64,000 nucleotides of DNA, taken from positions 1 through 64,000 of the forward strand of contig JBCCYL010000016.1 in the NCBI GenBank assembly GCA_039189765.1, given 5' to 3'. Below, piece after piece: positions 27,058 to 38,172 of this stretch. Under the pieces are notes generated by a model. That model was not told where the DNA came from, made no database searches, and saw nothing but the letters and a program-made list of their open reading frames with translations. This DNA comes from Cyanobacteria bacterium P01_F01_bin.150 (lineage in GTDB: Bacteria > Cyanobacteriota > Cyanobacteriia > CAKZMO01). Within the stretch, counting starts at the first letter, position 1, and each line of letters begins with the position of its first letter. The position numbers were made by a program, and so were the translations under genes.

Positions 27058-30000
27058 CTAAAAATCAGTCAGCGCGGCAGCGTTGGTAATTTGAACATTA
27101 TTGGGAAGAGTCGCTGTACTCGATTTTCCGGTCATATCAATTACTCCCCCTTCAAATTGATAATATCGCTCTAGCCCATTGCTGTTGCTGCTGACGCCGC
27201 TTCTCATATTTGACGCAATTTCTGCTTGGGACCGAGCCACCGACCAGATGCGCAATTCGTCCATTGCCCCATTTAGCCCTCCTGATTGAACCGCAGTACC
27301 AATTTGGTCAACGGTAAAATCCCCCGTCCATTCATTGGGAGATGTGGCATCCAAAACCCCATCAACATAGACTCTAGTCACGCCATTCTCGCGGACAAAC
27401 GCATAGTGCTGCCACTGGGCCGTTTGTGATGGTTGATTGGCAATGACAGGATCATTACCAAAGCCATAGCTAGAGCTATAAACGCGGGCTTTTCCTGCGT
27501 AGAAATTTAAGTCATTGCCATTCCCAAAGGTTCCCGAGGTGAGAATCCCATCTTGATTATTAATCAGGTCATCGGCACTAAATTTCACCCAGGATTCAAT
27601 GGTGAAATCCCCAGACAGGGTAAGATTTTCCACATCAACACCACCATTACCATCAAGGGTAAGGACTTGATTATGATGATGGGGAGGAGGCGTGACTGGA
27701 GTATTGGGAATGGGTGCAGTTGAGGTGATTAGCTGTCCTGAACTGGGTAGAGCAGCGTCGCTAGAGTTGCCTGTGACATCAACAATTCCTTCATCAAAGG
27801 TGTAGTAACGCTCCAGTCCTGCCGTAGAGCCACTGATGCTAAGACCTTTATTCGCATCAATATCGGTTTGAGACCGAGCCACCGACCAAATTCGCAACTC
27901 ATCCATTTCCCCATTGAGGCCCCCTGCTTGGACAGCGGTGCCAATTTGGTCGACCGTAAAGTCTCCGGTCCAGGTGTTGGGGGAGGTCGCATCCAACACT
28001 CCATCAATATAGACTCGCGCAATGCCGTTTTCTCGAACAAAGGCATAGTGCTGCCACTGTCCAGTTTGGGATGCCTGCCTGGCAATTACCGGGTCATTAC
28101 CGAAACCATAGCTGGAGCTATAAATGCGGGCCTTGCCTGCATAAAAGTTTAGGTCATTCCCGTTACCGAAGGCTCCTGCACTAATCAGGCCATCAATATT
28201 GTTGATACTGTCATCCGGTGCAAATTTGACCCAAGACTCAATGGTAAAGTCTCCAGATAGCGTGAGATTTTCTACATCGATACCGCCAGTGCCGTCGAGG
28301 GAAAGAGATTGATTGGCTGTCGGCGTTGGCGTGGTTGGATTCACCCTGACGACCATGGTGGCAGGATTAGACCAAGCCCCTTCATTGTCTTGAACACGGT
28401 AAATAAAGGTGTCAACACCTGTAAAGCCTTCGTTGGGAGTATATTCTGCATGGCCGAAATGATGATGTCCCAATCCTCGCTCATCTAGTTCGGCATGGGT
28501 ATCCATCATCTCTAATGTGCCGTGCCGGGGGCTGCTTAAAATTTCAACGGCCTGGGGGTTAATGAAGCCGTCCGGATCATAATCATTGTCCAAAATATGG
28601 AGGTGAGTTGTGCTTCCCACGACAACGGTAGCCGTATCATTAACCGCGACCGGAGCCAAATTGACAACGGGTTCGGTCAAAGGTGCCGTGGAGGGAACCA
28701 ATTGGGCTGAACTTGGGAGGGAGACACTAGCAGACTGTCCCGTAACGTCCACGATACCACCATCAAATTGATAATAGCGCTCTAGGCCAGCCGTGGCCCC
28801 ATCAATACGCATATCTTTGTTAGCGTCAATATCGATTTGAGACCGAGCCACCGACCAGATTCGCAATTCGTCTAACTGACCATTAAGACCACCTGCCAAG
28901 ACACCAGTGCCAATTTGCTCAATGCTTAGCGGGTCGCTCCAAGTGGTGCTTTGGGAAATGTCGAGCTGACCATCGACGTACACCTTCATAACGCCATTTT
29001 CTCGGGCGATCGCATAGTGGATCCACACATCTGCCTGACTCTGATGGTTCGCAATGACCACATCCCCACTGATAGAGTTATAGAGTCGGAATCTGCCTGC
29101 ATAAAAATTTAGGTCATTCCCGTTCCCGAGGGTTCCTGAACTAATCAGGCCATCAACATTGTTAATGCTGTCGCCAGGTGCAAATTTAACCCAGGCTTCC
29201 ACGGTAAAGTTACCATTATCTTGCCCCACTACTAAGTTGGGTACGCTAACGCCCCCCGTACCGTTCAACGCAAGGGCATCATTGACGGAGTTGCCTTGCC
29301 CATAAACGGGCTGAAAGGTTATATCCTGCTCAGGAACAACAAATGTTCGGACGGGATTGGTGTTGGTGACATCATCTGCCCAATGGGAAAAAATATAGTC
29401 AAAACCCTGATCCACGTAGCTAGCCTGAGCCTCAATCGTATGACGGAAGTTGATGACCGTATCATGGATAAAGTCTCCTTTACGGGTAAGACCATCCAAG
29501 GCAAACAGATAGTTATCAACCGGAGCATCAAAAGTAACATCAACCTTATCGGGCCGGATAACGACCGACTGGGTGGTGCTAATCCCATCGCTATCGGTGG
29601 CGGTTAAGAAGACTTCGTAGCCAGTATTAGAACTATAGTCATGGCCGAAGTCTTCGATTTCAAAGGTAATTCCGCCAGCTTGGTTTGCCACCCCCGCAAT
29701 ACCGGGATGGGTATGCTCATTGTGTAGAAAAACGGCGGACCAAACGACACTGTTCCCTGAAAGAACGCCATCTTCTGGGTCGATGGCAGACCCTGTAAAG
29801 GTTAGGGTATCCCCAGCCCGGAATAGTCCTCCCTCCAAGGGAGTGGCAATGGTCACCTCCGGTCGCTGACCCACGATGATTTGTTTTGAGTCGAATACGG
29901 TGGCGGCTCCATTGGAGTCAGTGACCACCAGTTCAACGGTATATTCTCCTTTCTCGGTGTAGGTATGGGTGGGATTAGGATCCGTAGACGTGGCGGTATC

Positions 30001-31398
30001 TCCCACCCCATCTCCGTCTAAATCAGCTCCGTCTCCAAAGGACCACTGGTAGCTCAAGGCATCGCCGTCAGGATCCGTGACATCGGCGTCGAAGGTAACC
30101 GTGTGATTAGCCGTGGAACTTTCTAACTCGTCAGGGCTTAGCAGAATTCCGGTGCCCGTTGGGGCTGAGTTGCTCTGACTCCAATCTAGGCGATTGACGG
30201 CCCCTTGAAATGTAAAAACGTTCCCGGTTTGGAACGTAGTGAGATAATATAGCGACCCGTCCGGCCCCTCCTCAAACGCCAGTACCTGACCCGTTGCATT
30301 CTTAAAAAAGTGGTCTTCAACTACCACGGGGCGATCGCCAGAATAATCCAGCTCTAGATATCGAATCCAGTTACGAACCCAATCCCCATAAAAATATGCT
30401 CCTTGGTATTGGTCTGGGAAGTCATCACCCCGGTAAACAACCCCTCCAGTGACCGAGGCTCCGTTGGGGCCAAAAAGAGGAATCTCACCCTGGCCAGGAC
30501 CATTCAGGTGCGGATAGCTGTGAATAGGATTGCCCGGATCCGTTGTGGGGTTAAAGAATCCTTCGTAAGTGGGCCAGCCATGATTTGCCCCTGGAGCTGC
30601 AATATGGATATCTTCCTTAGCTCTATTGTTGCTGTTGCCCCCCACTTCCCCAATAAACAGGGTCTGAGATTCTTGGTCATAGGAGGCTCGGAACGGATTT
30701 CGCAGGCCGTAGGAATAGATGGTTTGTAGAACACCTTGGGAATTGGCAGAAGAGCGGGTGTCAACTTGAGGCGTATAGTTGCCAGCTGTTGCGGCTTCAT
30801 AGTAAGGATTATCGATGGGAATAGAGCCGTCTGTTAAGTTAATTCGATGAACTTTACCATCATCGTGGCTCAGATCCTGAGACTTGGGGCCGTCAAACTC
30901 TTCGCCAACCGTAATGTAGATTTTGTAAGGGCTGGGGTCGTTTGCACCGCTCGGTTCGTAGGCGATCGCCAACCCACCACCCTGGTGACAGCAGCTAGAG
31001 GAGACATCATGCTCCTGCCACAATACCGTTTCACTATTGACAATCCCCCGACTAGAGGTATTGCCAACATTCTCAACATGTTGAAATCGGGAAACAGTAG
31101 TTCTATCTTCGTTGTCGTTGGTATAAAACAGGTAAAAGTAGCCGTTGGTTTCAAAGTTTGGATCAACTTCAATGGCAAGCAAGCCCCGTTCTTCTTGATC
31201 AAGCACTTGGCTGCTCAAGTCCATGTAGGTTTCAATGGCACTACTTGGGACTGTCGGGTCCTCAACAATTTTGATTGTTCCGCCCTTTTCCAGCACCAGC
31301 ATACGACCATCAGGCAAAAAGGCCATATCCGTAGGGAGCAAAAAGCCATTTGCGACTTGAGTATCAATAAATTCTCCTGAGGAGGTGACATTATTCAT
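27058..31398 (-). CDS. PQQ-type sugar dehydrogenase propeller with PKD, Ig-like and three LamG domains
   Basis: PTDMAFLPDGR, ERGLL, GLRNPFR; YQWSFGDG (PKD); three DELRIWSVARS LamG repeats with similar DNA. Confidence 0.85.
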   Translation of the reverse strand: MNNVTSSGEFIDTQVANGFLLPTDMAFLPDGRMLVLEKGGTIKIVEDPTVPSSAIETYMDLSSQVLDQEERGLLAIEVDPNFETNGYFYLFYTNDNEDRTTVSRFQHVENVGNTSSRGIVNSETVLWQEHDVSSSCCHQGGGLAIAYEPSGANDPSPYKIYITVGEEFDGPKSQDLSHDDGKVHRINLTDGSIPIDNPYYEAATAGNYTPQVDTRSSANSQGVLQTIYSYGLRNPFRASYDQESQTLFIGEVGGNSNNRAKEDIHIAAPGANHGWPTYEGFFNPTTDPGNPIHSYPHLNGPGQGEIPLFGPNGASVTGGVVYRGDDFPDQYQGAYFYGDWVRNWIRYLELDYSGDRPVVVEDHFFKNATGQVLAFEEGPDGSLYYLTTFQTGNVFTFQGAVNRLDWSQSNSAPTGTGILLSPDELESSTANHTVTFDADVTDPDGDALSYQWSFGDGADLDGDGVGDTATSTDPNPTHTYTEKGEYTVELVVTDSNGAATVFDSKQIIVGQRPEVTIATPLEGGLFRAGDTLTFTGSAIDPEDGVLSGNSVVWSAVFLHNEHTHPGIAGVANQAGGITFEIEDFGHDYSSNTGYEVFLTATDSDGISTTQSVVIRPDKVDVTFDAPVDNYLFALDGLTRKGDFIHDTVINFRHTIEAQASYVDQGFDYIFSHWADDVTNTNPVRTFVVPEQDITFQPVYGQGNSVNDALALNGTGGVSVPNLVVGQDNGNFTVEAWVKFAPGDSINNVDGLISSGTLGNGNDLNFYAGRFRLYNSISGDVVIANHQSQADVWIHYAIARENGVMKVYVDGQLDISQSTTWSDPLSIEQIGTGVLAGGLNGQLDELRIWSVARSQIDIDANKDMRIDGATAGLERYYQFDGGIVDVTGQSASVSLPSSAQLVPSTAPLTEPVVNLAPVAVNDTATVVVGSTTHLHILDNDYDPDGFINPQAVEILSSPRHGTLEMMDTHAELDERGLGHHHFGHAEYTPNEGFTGVDTFIYRVQDNEGAWSNPATMVVRVNPTTPTPTANQSLSLDGTGGIDVENLTLSGDFTIESWVKFAPDDSINNIDGLISAGAFGNGNDLNFYAGKARIYSSSYGFGNDPVIARQASQTGQWQHYAFVRENGIARVYIDGVLDATSPNTWTGDFTVDQIGTAVQAGGLNGEMDELRIWSVARSQTDIDANKGLSISGSTAGLERYYTFDEGIVDVTGNSSDAALPSSGQLITSTAPIPNTPVTPPPHHHNQVLTLDGNGGVDVENLTLSGDFTIESWVKFSADDLINNQDGILTSGTFGNGNDLNFYAGKARVYSSSYGFGNDPVIANQPSQTAQWQHYAFVRENGVTRVYVDGVLDATSPNEWTGDFTVDQIGTAVQSGGLNGAMDELRIWSVARSQAEIASNMRSGVSSNSNGLERYYQFEGGVIDMTGKSSTATLPNNVQITNAAALTDF

Positions 31399-32044
31399 GA
31401 CTGGAGTTTTATATTCTAAGTATTTACACCTGAATTCTCCTATGAATAACAGTTTAAAATCATGATTAAATGCTGAAGAATAACCGCGTTCTATAAAGCT
31501 TACTTTATTGAAAATAAAATGCCTTTATAGAGTTGTGCATTTAGATTAAGTCATGATATTGTGGCCTGTTCCATGTACCAAGATGGCGTCATTTCTCTTG
31601 GCTTAGGCGCATATCCCCGTACCTCCTCTACTTTTTCGTTGAAGTGTTTACTAATGAGAAGAAGAGAAAAATAAGTATACTTTAGATTAAAAAATATTTT
31701 TATCCTTCCGTATAAAAATATTATCCATACAAAGATTAGGAAAAGTTGATACAGCTAATAAAAGTATATTACGTGTACATTTAGATACCTGTGCATATCA
31801 GTATGAATACATGCGCTGCATCTGGTATTTGATGAGGGGAGAGGGTTTGTTCAATTTTGACCGTACTTTGGTTTCGTCTTGAAACGAAATCAAAGTACGG
31901 TTGAGTAGGTGGGTCATGCCTATATGGTCTGCTGAAAATTGATGTATATGTACTTTTTCTTATGGCAAATTCGACCATCGTTTTGATGTTTAGCTCCCAA
32001 TAGGAGATGTTGTGGGTCTGTTATAGTCATAGCCATCTTGGGTA

Positions 32045-32072
32045 AGACGCTTTTATCCCAATAAAAGCGTCT
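32045..32072. terminator. Hairpin downstream of ubiD
   Basis: AGACGCTTTTAT-CCCA-ATAAAAGCGTCT. Confidence 0.5.
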
Positions 32073-32201
32073 ACACTTAAACTTCACTCCTTGGCGAAAA
32101 ATAGCCCATTAGCTTGTGTCAAAGAGTATGAAAGTAGGTTTTATATACTATTTTTTATTTGCTTTACAGCTTGATAAAAGACGCAATAAATGTCTCAACC
32201 T

Positions 32202-33707
32202 CTACATGTCATACCCAAATAAATTGGGGTCTACTGACGTTAGATTAATGTCTGCTAACCCATACTCGGCCCAACGGCGCTCAACCATTTCGGCAACATC
32301 TTGATCCGACTCTAAAGGTGCTCCCCACTCGTGGTCAGTTTCCGGCGGCACTTTTGTGGTGGCATCGATGCCCATGCGCCCCCCCAAGCCCAACTTTTCA
32401 CTGGCAAAATCAAGGGTATCAAACGGTGTATCCGGCAAAATAAATACATCACGGGACGGATCGACTTTGGATGTTAAAGCCCATACCACCTGACGCGGAT
32501 CGCGAATGTTGATGTCTTTGTCGACGACAATCACAAACTTAGTGTAAGTAAACTGAGGGAGAGCGCTCCAAAATGCTAGAGCGGCACGACGGGCTTGCCC
32601 CGGATAGGCTTTATCGATGGAAATGACTGCGGCTTTATAGCTTAAAGCTTCCATCGGCAGGAAGAAATCGACAATTTCCGATACCTGTTGCCGCAGAATT
32701 GGCGTGTAGATCCGGTTGAGTGCGATCGCCATCATCGCCTCCTCTTTTGGTGGTCGCCCGCTAAAGGTAGTGAGATAAATCGGATCCTTACGATGGGTCA
32801 TGCAGTGAAACCGCACCAGCGGTGAATCCTCGACTCCCCCGTAGTAGCCCATGTGATCGCCAAACGGACCATCCGGCAACATCTCTCCAGGGGTAATGGT
32901 TCCCTCTAAGACAAATTCAGAATCGGCTGGTACTTCTAAATCGACCGTCTTACATTTGGCAAGATTGACCCCAGAACCGCCATACAAGCCAGCAAAAAGC
33001 CACTCGGATAAATCTACGGGAATGGGAGTCGCGGCAGCCATGATAATTAAAGGGTCAACGCCAAGGGCGATCGCCACCTCTAGTTTCTTACCCTTTTCCG
33101 CAGCCTTACGAAGATGACGAGCACCCCCTCTCACCGACAACCAATGCACCGTCATTGTAGTCTTGGACTGGAGTTGGAGCCGATAGACACCCACATTGGG
33201 AATTCCCGTCTCACAGTCTTTGGTAATCACTAAACCTAAGGTGATGATCTTACCGGCGTCTCCAGGATAGGGCCGAATCATTGGAATAGTGCTTAAATCT
33301 AGCTCCGGTTCTTTTACCACCACTCGATGGCACGGAGGCAATAAATCCCTGGCAGGCTTCGCCTTAACCACATCAAACAGAACCTTACCAAAGTCAATGG
33401 CCTGGGAAATCTTTTTTGGGGGTTTGGGCTGTTGCAACATGCCTAGCTTTTTACCCAACAACTCCAACTCTTCAGGTCGCTCCATATTCATGGACCAGCA
33501 TACCCGCTCCACCGTTCCCATCACATTTACCGCCACTGGGAAGGGAGAACCTTTAACATTCTCAAACAGAAGTGCCGGTCCCCCTGCCTGCAGCATGCGA
33601 TTACTAATTTCAGCGATTTCTAGCTCTGGATCAACCAAAGCACTAATCCGACGCAGTTGTCCTCGCTGCTCAATCTGTTTTAGGAATCCCCGTAAGTCTC
33701 TTGCCAT
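32202..33707 (-). CDS. ubiD: UbiD-family decarboxylase
   Basis: MARDLRGF, NVGVYR, DGPFGDHMGYY and DTLDFAS motifs. Confidence 0.95.
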   Translation of the reverse strand: MARDLRGFLKQIEQRGQLRRISALVDPELEIAEISNRMLQAGGPALLFENVKGSPFPVAVNVMGTVERVCWSMNMERPEELELLGKKLGMLQQPKPPKKISQAIDFGKVLFDVVKAKPARDLLPPCHRVVVKEPELDLSTIPMIRPYPGDAGKIITLGLVITKDCETGIPNVGVYRLQLQSKTTMTVHWLSVRGGARHLRKAAEKGKKLEVAIALGVDPLIIMAAATPIPVDLSEWLFAGLYGGSGVNLAKCKTVDLEVPADSEFVLEGTITPGEMLPDGPFGDHMGYYGGVEDSPLVRFHCMTHRKDPIYLTTFSGRPPKEEAMMAIALNRIYTPILRQQVSEIVDFFLPMEALSYKAAVISIDKAYPGQARRAALAFWSALPQFTYTKFVIVVDKDINIRDPRQVVWALTSKVDPSRDVFILPDTPFDTLDFASEKLGLGGRMGIDATTKVPPETDHEWGAPLESDQDVAEMVERRWAEYGLADINLTSVDPNLFGYDM

Positions 33708-33909
33708 TGATTAATTGACTGAAGGCGATTACTCGCCGCCCCATTAACTACGCTTAAATTAACTCAGGTCCGTAACGTGTTATTGAGGGAGCAAAGCGTC
33801 TCGCAACACAGCCTCGAAAGACAGACCTTTTAATCATTATTAAGGATTAAGGGGCAGGTTGCAGCAAGCTTGTATTGGTTTTTGGGGAGAAGCATAAATC
33901 CGAAGTGCG

Positions 33910-35262
33910 TTAAAAACGCTTCTGGGGACGGTTTCGACCCATAAAAAATCGACCCAGGGCGATCGCCACCAGAATAGCTGCTCCCAATCCATGTCCTGCT
34001 TCTGGCACGGCTGTGGAGTTTGGTGGTCGAGTCGGTGGCTTGGGAGATGGCGGATTTGGGCGAGATGGTGGATTGGGCGGCTGGGCATTATCTGGCTCAC
34101 GTGGCCAAAAGGCTGGATTCAGATCCCAACCCGTTACATCCATAAGCCGTCGATCGTTTTCAGTTAAAAATAGCCGTTGCCCCACATCTGGAGTGGGTTC
34201 AAAAATTCCCAAGTAGGTTCCAGTAAACTCATCTGCTTTCCAACTGCTGGCCCGATTGCCATCTCCGAATATTTGCCCTGTGGAAAAGCTCGCAATTTTG
34301 GTTTGACCACCGTCAATGGAAAAATACTTATCAATTTCTTGTCCCTGCTCATCAGCACGGCCTGTTGTCCAATCAATTAAACTGGTTGAACTATTCAAAG
34401 GTGCTAACTCTAAACTATCCGCTGAGAACCGAAACAGATCACTAGGACTAACAAAAGACAACACATCATCGTTAAAGGCGACCGGAGGCATTGTGGTTAT
34501 GTCAGTGTTGAGTTCTATGACATCTACTCCACTCACCATGCCAAGAGTAACTCCAAGCCCTTGAGTCGCTAGGCCCACAAAATCAAAACTATCCGGATCT
34601 ATGCCATCCGTCGGGTCAAAATCCCAGGGTGTTGTGGTGTTAAACACCAACATGCCATCACTGAGAGTACTCGGAGCACTGCCACAATTAGAGGTGCCAC
34701 TCCGAGGTAAGCCAAGAGCTTTTGCATTGGCCGTTGTCAGACGCACTGAAGTATTGTTGCAGTCTCCATCCATATCGACATAAGGTGTTAGATCTCCTGC
34801 TTGACCGGATGGATGATTGCGAGTGCCATTGATCAATAGATCAAACTCGGGGTTTAGTAAGATGTCGAAATCATTGCTTTTGGGCAAAGATGAAATCGCT
34901 GTTACGTCATCGGGTGAGAGACCCGTATCATTACTGAGAGCGCTTACAAAATCTTGATAACTAACACTAGTACGGTTGGGATTGAATGAACCGAGGGAGT
35001 CTGATTGTAGATCTTGAGCAAAAACGCTGATGTCGATCGTAATATCGTCTGTAAAAACGGACTGCCATGCTTCTCCTGCTCGATTGAGGCCACTGACCAT
35101 CTCTGGAGACAAAGTAGATACGGCTCCAAAGTTAAATTCCAGAGCCTGAACTGACTGCGGGCAAAGAGATATTGTAGTGAGTCCAATAGCTAGAATCCCC
35201 AGCCGAGATGCCACCAACGAATGCCTAGTGGTGTTGATAATGGAGAGAGGGGAATACCTCAT
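33910..35262 (-). CDS. PEP-CTERM-sorted metalloprotease-like protein, probably inactive
   Basis: Signal peptide; TTANAKALG, WDFDPTDGI, DLFRFS, YFSIDGG; Pro-rich linker; VPE-TM-basic tail; HExxH absent. Confidence 0.8.
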   Translation of the reverse strand: MRYSPLSIINTTRHSLVASRLGILAIGLTTISLCPQSVQALEFNFGAVSTLSPEMVSGLNRAGEAWQSVFTDDITIDISVFAQDLQSDSLGSFNPNRTSVSYQDFVSALSNDTGLSPDDVTAISSLPKSNDFDILLNPEFDLLINGTRNHPSGQAGDLTPYVDMDGDCNNTSVRLTTANAKALGLPRSGTSNCGSAPSTLSDGMLVFNTTTPWDFDPTDGIDPDSFDFVGLATQGLGVTLGMVSGVDVIELNTDITTMPPVAFNDDVLSFVSPSDLFRFSADSLELAPLNSSTSLIDWTTGRADEQGQEIDKYFSIDGGQTKIASFSTGQIFGDGNRASSWKADEFTGTYLGIFEPTPDVGQRLFLTENDRRLMDVTGWDLNPAFWPREPDNAQPPNPPSRPNPPSPKPPTRPPNSTAVPEAGHGLGAAILVAIALGRFFMGRNRPQKRF

Positions 35263-35570
35263 GCCTATCTGACCTTTTAATGATGAATGCGTTACATCGC
35301 GTCGTTATTTTTGACGGCCATCTATGAACAATTGCAAATGAAACCTGTAAGTTTCAGCACATACACCCGCTATTCGTTTTCCATACTACTGAGCTGATAA
35401 TCAGGATGTCTGTTGAATTACAGAAGTTTTATCTTAAGTTCACAGACAAAACCGTTGGTGTAAGGGATTTCCTCATAGGACGATTTATCGTCTAGTACCG
35501 CGTCATCTTTATTTTGAGGGGAAAATCCTGAAGGAATTTTCCCCTCATGTATTTCCTGACAGAGTACTAG

Positions 35571-36986
35571 TCAGAATAAGGCAAAATTCATCACCAGACT
35601 AATACCTAGTAAGGTTGAATCAAAATCAATTAGGGAGTTGGTTGAATCTCCTAGACGCCCCCCGCCAAAAACTGTAAGAGTAGTTTCTTCAGAAAGATTA
35701 AATTGAAGCTGAGCTAGAAACTGGTGATACGAGTCGTATCGATCTTGTTGGGTAAAGTCAGTGAGAGCAAGTTGATAGAATAAACTGGCATCCACATCGG
35801 TTGTGATCGGATGGGATAACCCCAGGTTAAAACGATTGATGAGTCGGCTTCGTTCATTTGGATCGGACCAACTGGCTTGCAAATAATAGCTTGAACTAAG
35901 TTTAAGGTCAGATGTGAGCTGGTCGGTTCTGCCAACTGAAAGCCTGAGTTGATGGTCATTGAGGAAGCGATCGCCTCCATCTTCTGCGAAAAACTGTTGA
36001 TTGCGCCAACCCACATCCACATAAGTACGGCGATTGAGCCAATGGTATAGCCCTAAACTTAAATCGAGTTCCCGGTAGTCGAATTCACCATTATTCGCGT
36101 ATCTTAGTATGCTGCCTTCCACTGCCCCCAATAAAAACGTACGAGATCCAAGGCGAGGAACAGCCCTAAGAGTCAGGCCAGACTGTAGGGTTGTATCGGA
36201 CAATGGCTCCGTTCTAGCTAGTAAATTATCGCCACTGAAAAAGCTTAAATTACCCTGGGCAAAGACTATTTTTTCTCTTTTTTCAACCGTTGGCTCAGAG
36301 GTTTGAGGCATATATCTTAAGCGCAGAATACCCAACTCAGGATCAATTGCAGCTGCACTGGATGGGGTCCCTGATAAGTCACTAGATAATGGCCGTAACC
36401 TTAAAACGCCCAGCTCCGGGTCAATATTATCTATCGTCGAAACAGGATAGTTAAAACCCGATTGTTCTTCTATCCCAGCATCTACTCCACTCAAGGGCAA
36501 TTCATGCTCAATATCTGCATTGTCCTTTTCTACCCCCTGGGTATTATCAACTTGAGCTAAGTTAATCACCGCAGTGTCCACCACAAGCTGCTTATCATCA
36601 AGCCCGCCGTGCTCTAACGTCGTCTGCAAATCTGAATAGTAAGTAAATCTGTAGTTGTCTTCATTTCCATAATGCGAATCTATGCCGACTCTCTGTTCGC
36701 CTGAGGGAGGCCGCTCTAAATCGGAATGATTAAACGGTGGAGTGGATGCGAAGCGCCCACTCCACCCACTTAAAGCTGGTATCCCGTCTGAGGATAGATA
36801 AACATCTCTTCCAGCGTCATCATTTGCTGCTGTGCGTTGATCCTCAATTTGCTGCGTGTAGGGCAAAGACTGGACAGAAGATTCCTGGGCAACTGCTTGC
36901 GATGAGAATGGTAGTAACAATCCAGCACCCATAAAGGACCCTAACAAAGCACGAAGTGGCAGCGGGGGAAACCAAAGACGATTCAT
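35571..36986 (-). CDS. Putative outer-membrane beta-barrel protein
   Basis: Signal peptide; amphipathic strands in the C-terminal half; terminal Phe; IDPELGxLRLR occurs twice. Confidence 0.7.
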   Translation of the reverse strand: MNRLWFPPLPLRALLGSFMGAGLLLPFSSQAVAQESSVQSLPYTQQIEDQRTAANDDAGRDVYLSSDGIPALSGWSGRFASTPPFNHSDLERPPSGEQRVGIDSHYGNEDNYRFTYYSDLQTTLEHGGLDDKQLVVDTAVINLAQVDNTQGVEKDNADIEHELPLSGVDAGIEEQSGFNYPVSTIDNIDPELGVLRLRPLSSDLSGTPSSAAAIDPELGILRLRYMPQTSEPTVEKREKIVFAQGNLSFFSGDNLLARTEPLSDTTLQSGLTLRAVPRLGSRTFLLGAVEGSILRYANNGEFDYRELDLSLGLYHWLNRRTYVDVGWRNQQFFAEDGGDRFLNDHQLRLSVGRTDQLTSDLKLSSSYYLQASWSDPNERSRLINRFNLGLSHPITTDVDASLFYQLALTDFTQQDRYDSYHQFLAQLQFNLSEETTLTVFGGGRLGDSTNSLIDFDSTLLGISLVMNFALF

Positions 36987-37429
36987 ATAACAGCAGTGAA
37001 TCAGTATTTTTTCAAAATAACGATAAACATTAAGTCAGAACAGGTGATGCTAAAAATCATAGTACAAATAACTATCTTTGATGTTCATGTTTCTAATAAT
37101 ATCCATAGGCAATTGTACTGGAAAATACTGTTTTCATTTGATCTCTTTCGATTGTTAAACACTCTTGAGCGTTGTTCCTAACAGCTCTAAAGGAGAACGC
37201 CCGTATGAACAACCATAATTCCTGTTGGGCTGTAATTACATCTATTTCATATGTTTTGTCTAAAATTCTCTCTGGGCGGGTTTAGGTTTAAGGCAAAACA
37301 GAATTAACGGTGGTGTACCACCCACCTAAAGTTGATACCCATCTGGGCAAAGGTTTTGAAATACTGTTCAGGCCGCTTTTAAGTCTAATATTGTCAGTAG
37401 AATATATGAGATGCCATTGAATTCTTCTA

Positions 37430-38167
37430 ATGGCTAATGAGGAGAAGGGAGATATGACAGAGGCAGCATCCGATAAAATGGCAGGCCAATTGCTATTGGT
37501 CGATGACGAACCGGGTCTAAGGGAAGCCGTACAAGCATATTTAGAAGACAGTGGCTTTTCTGTTCGCGTTGCTAGCAATGCTACAGAGGGATGGGAAATG
37601 CTACAGCAGATGACCCCTGATCTTGTCATCTCCGATATTATGATGCCTCAGGTCGATGGTTATGAATTTCTGGCTCAAATGAGAGGTGATCAGCGATTTA
37701 AGACTTTACCAGTCATCTTCTTGACGGCAAGGGGAATGACTAGCGATCGCATCCAAGGCTACGATGCAGGCTGTGATGCTTACTTACCAAAGCCATTCGA
37801 TCCTGATGAACTTGTCTCTATTGTCACAGGAATCATCAAACGACGCTCTGCTCAAGCAGACGCTACAGGAGAAGGAACACCTGACATTGCTAAGATGGCG
37901 CGTGAGATTGCTGAAATTAAGGCAATGTTGTCCCAAAATGGTGGCTTCTTACAGGCTAAACCCACCATGAATATTGACTTTACGCCTCGAGAGAAAAGCG
38001 TTTTAGAATTAGTTGTTCAGGGCCTAATGAACAAGGAAATTGCTCGCCAGTTGGATACCAGCGTGCGTAACGTTGAAAAGTATGTCAGCCGTCTATTTAG
38101 CAAAACGGACACTAATAGCCGTACTGAGCTTGTACGCTATGCTCTGGAAAATGGTTTGACAAAATAA
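37430..38167 (+). CDS. ycf29: NarL/LuxR-family response regulator (Ycf29/Rre1-like)
   Basis: LLVDDE, SDIMMP, KPF; FTPRE..GLMNKEIA..RNVEKYVSRLF. Confidence 0.88.
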   Translation: MANEEKGDMTEAASDKMAGQLLLVDDEPGLREAVQAYLEDSGFSVRVASNATEGWEMLQQMTPDLVISDIMMPQVDGYEFLAQMRGDQRFKTLPVIFLTARGMTSDRIQGYDAGCDAYLPKPFDPDELVSIVTGIIKRRSAQADATGEGTPDIAKMAREIAEIKAMLSQNGGFLQAKPTMNIDFTPREKSVLELVVQGLMNKEIARQLDTSVRNVEKYVSRLFSKTDTNSRTELVRYALENGLTK

Positions 38168-38172
38168 TAGAT

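Noticed and set aside
27058..29300. Near-identical LamG repeats as DGR template and variable repeats
   Set aside because: No reverse transcriptase in the window and differences are not adenine-restricted; ordinary domain duplication
31781..32304. Short ORFs in AT-rich intergenic regions (also 36996-37181, 40207-40449, 50370-50570, 55830-56027)
   Set aside because: No motifs or RBS, and composition typical of non-coding DNA
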